Assembly (NCBI RefSeq): GCF_004010195.1 | Contig: NC_057723.1 | Span: 49,917,940 to 49,981,939 of the forward strand | Source of the DNA: Chiloscyllium plagiosum | Taxonomy: Eukaryota | Direction of reading: 5' to 3' | DNA: 64,000 nt | Shown here: in pieces, positions 61,868 to 64,000 of the stretch | How positions within the stretch are numbered: position 1 is the stretch's first letter | How the letters are laid out: the number at the start of each line of letters is the position of its first letter | Notes under the pieces: model-generated | Databases searched by the model: none | Seen by the model: only the letters and a program-made list of their open reading frames with translations | What the model was told of the DNA's origin: nothing | Translations under genes and position numbers: made by a program

Positions 61868-63855
61868 CATATGAACATACAAATTAGGAATAGGAGCAGA
61901 CCACTCATCCCTTGGACCTGCTCCACCATTCATCAAGATCATGATGTATCTGATTATACCACATTGCTGCCTTTCCTTGTTAAGATTTCATCCCATTGCT
62001 CATCAAGAATCTTTCTACCTATGCCGTAAAAATATTTGATAAATTAATGATGAAATTAATACACTCAGATCCATCTACATTTCGAGGCTCTGCAATCTCT
62101 CACCATTTAAGTAAGTTTTTTTTTTATTCTTCTTGCCAACATGGACAATTTCATATTTTTCTACATTCTACTCCATTTGCTAAAACGTTGCCAACTCAGT
62201 AAACCTATCAATGTCACTTTGCAACCTTTTGTTTTCTTCACAACTTACTTTCTGACCTACTTTGTGACATCAGTCAATTTAGGAACCATACCTTCCATAC
62301 CTTCATTCACATCAGATATATAAACTATAACCGTTGTGAGTAAGTGCTGATCCCTGTGGTACATCATTCATTACAACTTGCCAACCAGAAAATAACCCAT
62401 TTATGCTGACTGTGTTTTCTACTCTGTTTGCTAGCTAATGTTCTATTCCTGCCAATTTATTACCCCCTACATCATTAGCATATATTTTCTGAATTAAACT
62501 TTTACATGACACTTTATCAACTGCCTTCTGGAAATGGAAATACAATGTATCCACTCGTTTGCTTTCATTCACAGTGCATGCTGCTTCCTCAAAGAACTTT
62601 CTCACATAAATTGGTTAAACAGGATACATAAAACTATGTTAACTCTGCTTGTTTACCTTCAATATTTATAAGTATCTTGTTATAATATCTTTAATAATAG
62701 GTTTTAACATTTTCTGTATATTAAGCTAACAGGCCTATAGTTTCCTGCTTTCTATCTCTCTCCCTTTTTGAAGAAAGGAACTATTTTTTTACTATCTGCT
62801 CCTTTCCCAACCTAATGGAACCTTTCCTAAAATCTAGAGAATTTTGGAATATAAAGCCAATGCATCCGTCATTTTACTAGCCATTTCTGTTAAGACCAAG
62901 GGTGAAGTCCATTAGAATCCAGGGACTTGTTTGTATAGTTCCAACAATTTGCTCAGTACAACTTTTCTGGTGATACTAATTTTCTTGAGTTGCTCCCCCC
63001 CCCCCCCTTCTATTTCCTGATTTACTGCTATTTTGGGGATTTTACTTTTAACTTATTCAGTGAGAACCAATGTAAAATGATATATTCAATTCATTGACTA
63101 TCTCCTTATCTTCCGTTGTAATGCTCTGGACTCACTTTCCATAGGACAATCATTTACTTTGTTCTCCTTTTTTAAAAAAGTAGTATCGATAGACACTCTT
63201 ATTACCTGTTTTTATATTTTTGTGTAGCTTCCTTTTCACTCTATTTTTTTCTCTCCATGTTTTAGTTATTCTTTGCTGATTGTTATATTCTATCTAACCT
63301 TCTGGCCCATCATCCACCTTCATGCAGTTAACTGCCTTTTTTAAAAGTTTGAAACCAGCTTTAACTTTTTTAGTTAAGTATAGATGATGTGTACTCTGTT
63401 TTTATTCTTTCTTTTTGAGATTGAACTATTTTGCATGTTCTGAAATGTGTGTTAAATATCTGCCACTGCATCTCTATTGACCTATCCCTTAAGCTCATTT
63501 GTCTGTTTACATCAGCTAGCTGTATTTTCATTGTCTTCATAAATGTCCTGATTTACATTTAGAATACTAATCATGGATCGACTCTTCTTTCCCTTAAAGT
63601 GAATATAAAATTCAATCATGTTATAATTGTTACTGCTTTGGGGTGCCTGCACTATTAAGTCAAAAACTAATGTTCTCTGATTGTACAATACCAGTGATAT
63701 TATGGCCTCCTCTCTGGTGAACTCCAGAACATGCTGCTCGAAGAATCTACCCTGAAAATATTCTATGCATTTCCCACCTAAGTGACATTTGCTCATTTGA
63801 TTTTTGCAGTATACATATATATTTAAATCCACTGTGATTGTTGCCATATATTTCT
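61868..63855 (-). mobile_element. Long decayed CR1-like LINE
   Basis: aacata-type tail at the left end; gatccctgtggtac (GVPQG remnant); ORF 63512..63847 (FFEQHVLEFTREEAIISLVL..N..MIEF) resembles a CR1 endonuclease C-terminus. Confidence 0.75.
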
Positions 63856-63879
63856 GACAAGCTCGATTTGTTTCTTAGG

Positions 63880-63990
63880 TCTAATAAAGGACCATTGGAC
63901 CTGAAATGTTGACTCTACTTTTTCTCTATAGATGGTGCTGGACCTGCTGAATTTCTCCAGCAATTTCTGTTTTGTTTTAGATTTCCAGTT
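63880..63990 (+). mobile_element. Old Penelope-type pLTR fragment
   Basis: gacctgaaatgttgactct..agatggtgctggacctgctgaatttctccagc family motif. Confidence 0.55.
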
Positions 63991-64000
63991 TTTTTTTGAT

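Noticed and set aside
62995-63007. C13 homopolymer (possible G-quadruplex on the minus strand)
   Set aside because: A simple run inside a decayed LINE with no sign of function; its length is prone to sequencing error.

Overview
Eukaryotic, AT-rich, repeat-rich vertebrate genomic DNA. The repeat content (HE1-type tRNA SINEs, CR1/HER1-type LINE 3' ends, Deu-domain SINEs) points to a cartilaginous fish, probably a shark (inference). The window holds one protein-coding gene on the + strand, PPARGC1B (PGC-1beta). I could trace 11 GT-AG coding exons (exons 2-12, 36945-60470) that splice phase-correctly into a 3306-nt open frame (1101 aa plus stop), followed by a 3' UTR of about 1.2 kb. Exon 1 was not found, so 1-36944 is probably the distal part of a very long intron 1. 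The rest is mostly decayed transposons: CR1-like LINE fragments, SINEs, a Gypsy pol relic, a solo LTR and a Tigger-like MITE. The most notable observations are: (i) short Penelope-type insertions with 11-13 bp target-site duplications that carry minimal hammerhead-ribozyme cores, including a spacer-less palindrome of about 176 bp with one ribozyme on each strand; (ii) a PGC-1beta that keeps many PGC-1alpha-like segments; (iii) five miR-30 seed sites in the 3' UTR. Hammerheads in Penelope-like elements are a known phenomenon, so only their local arrangement is potentially new. Almost all short ORFs in the supplied track are spurious or TE debris.
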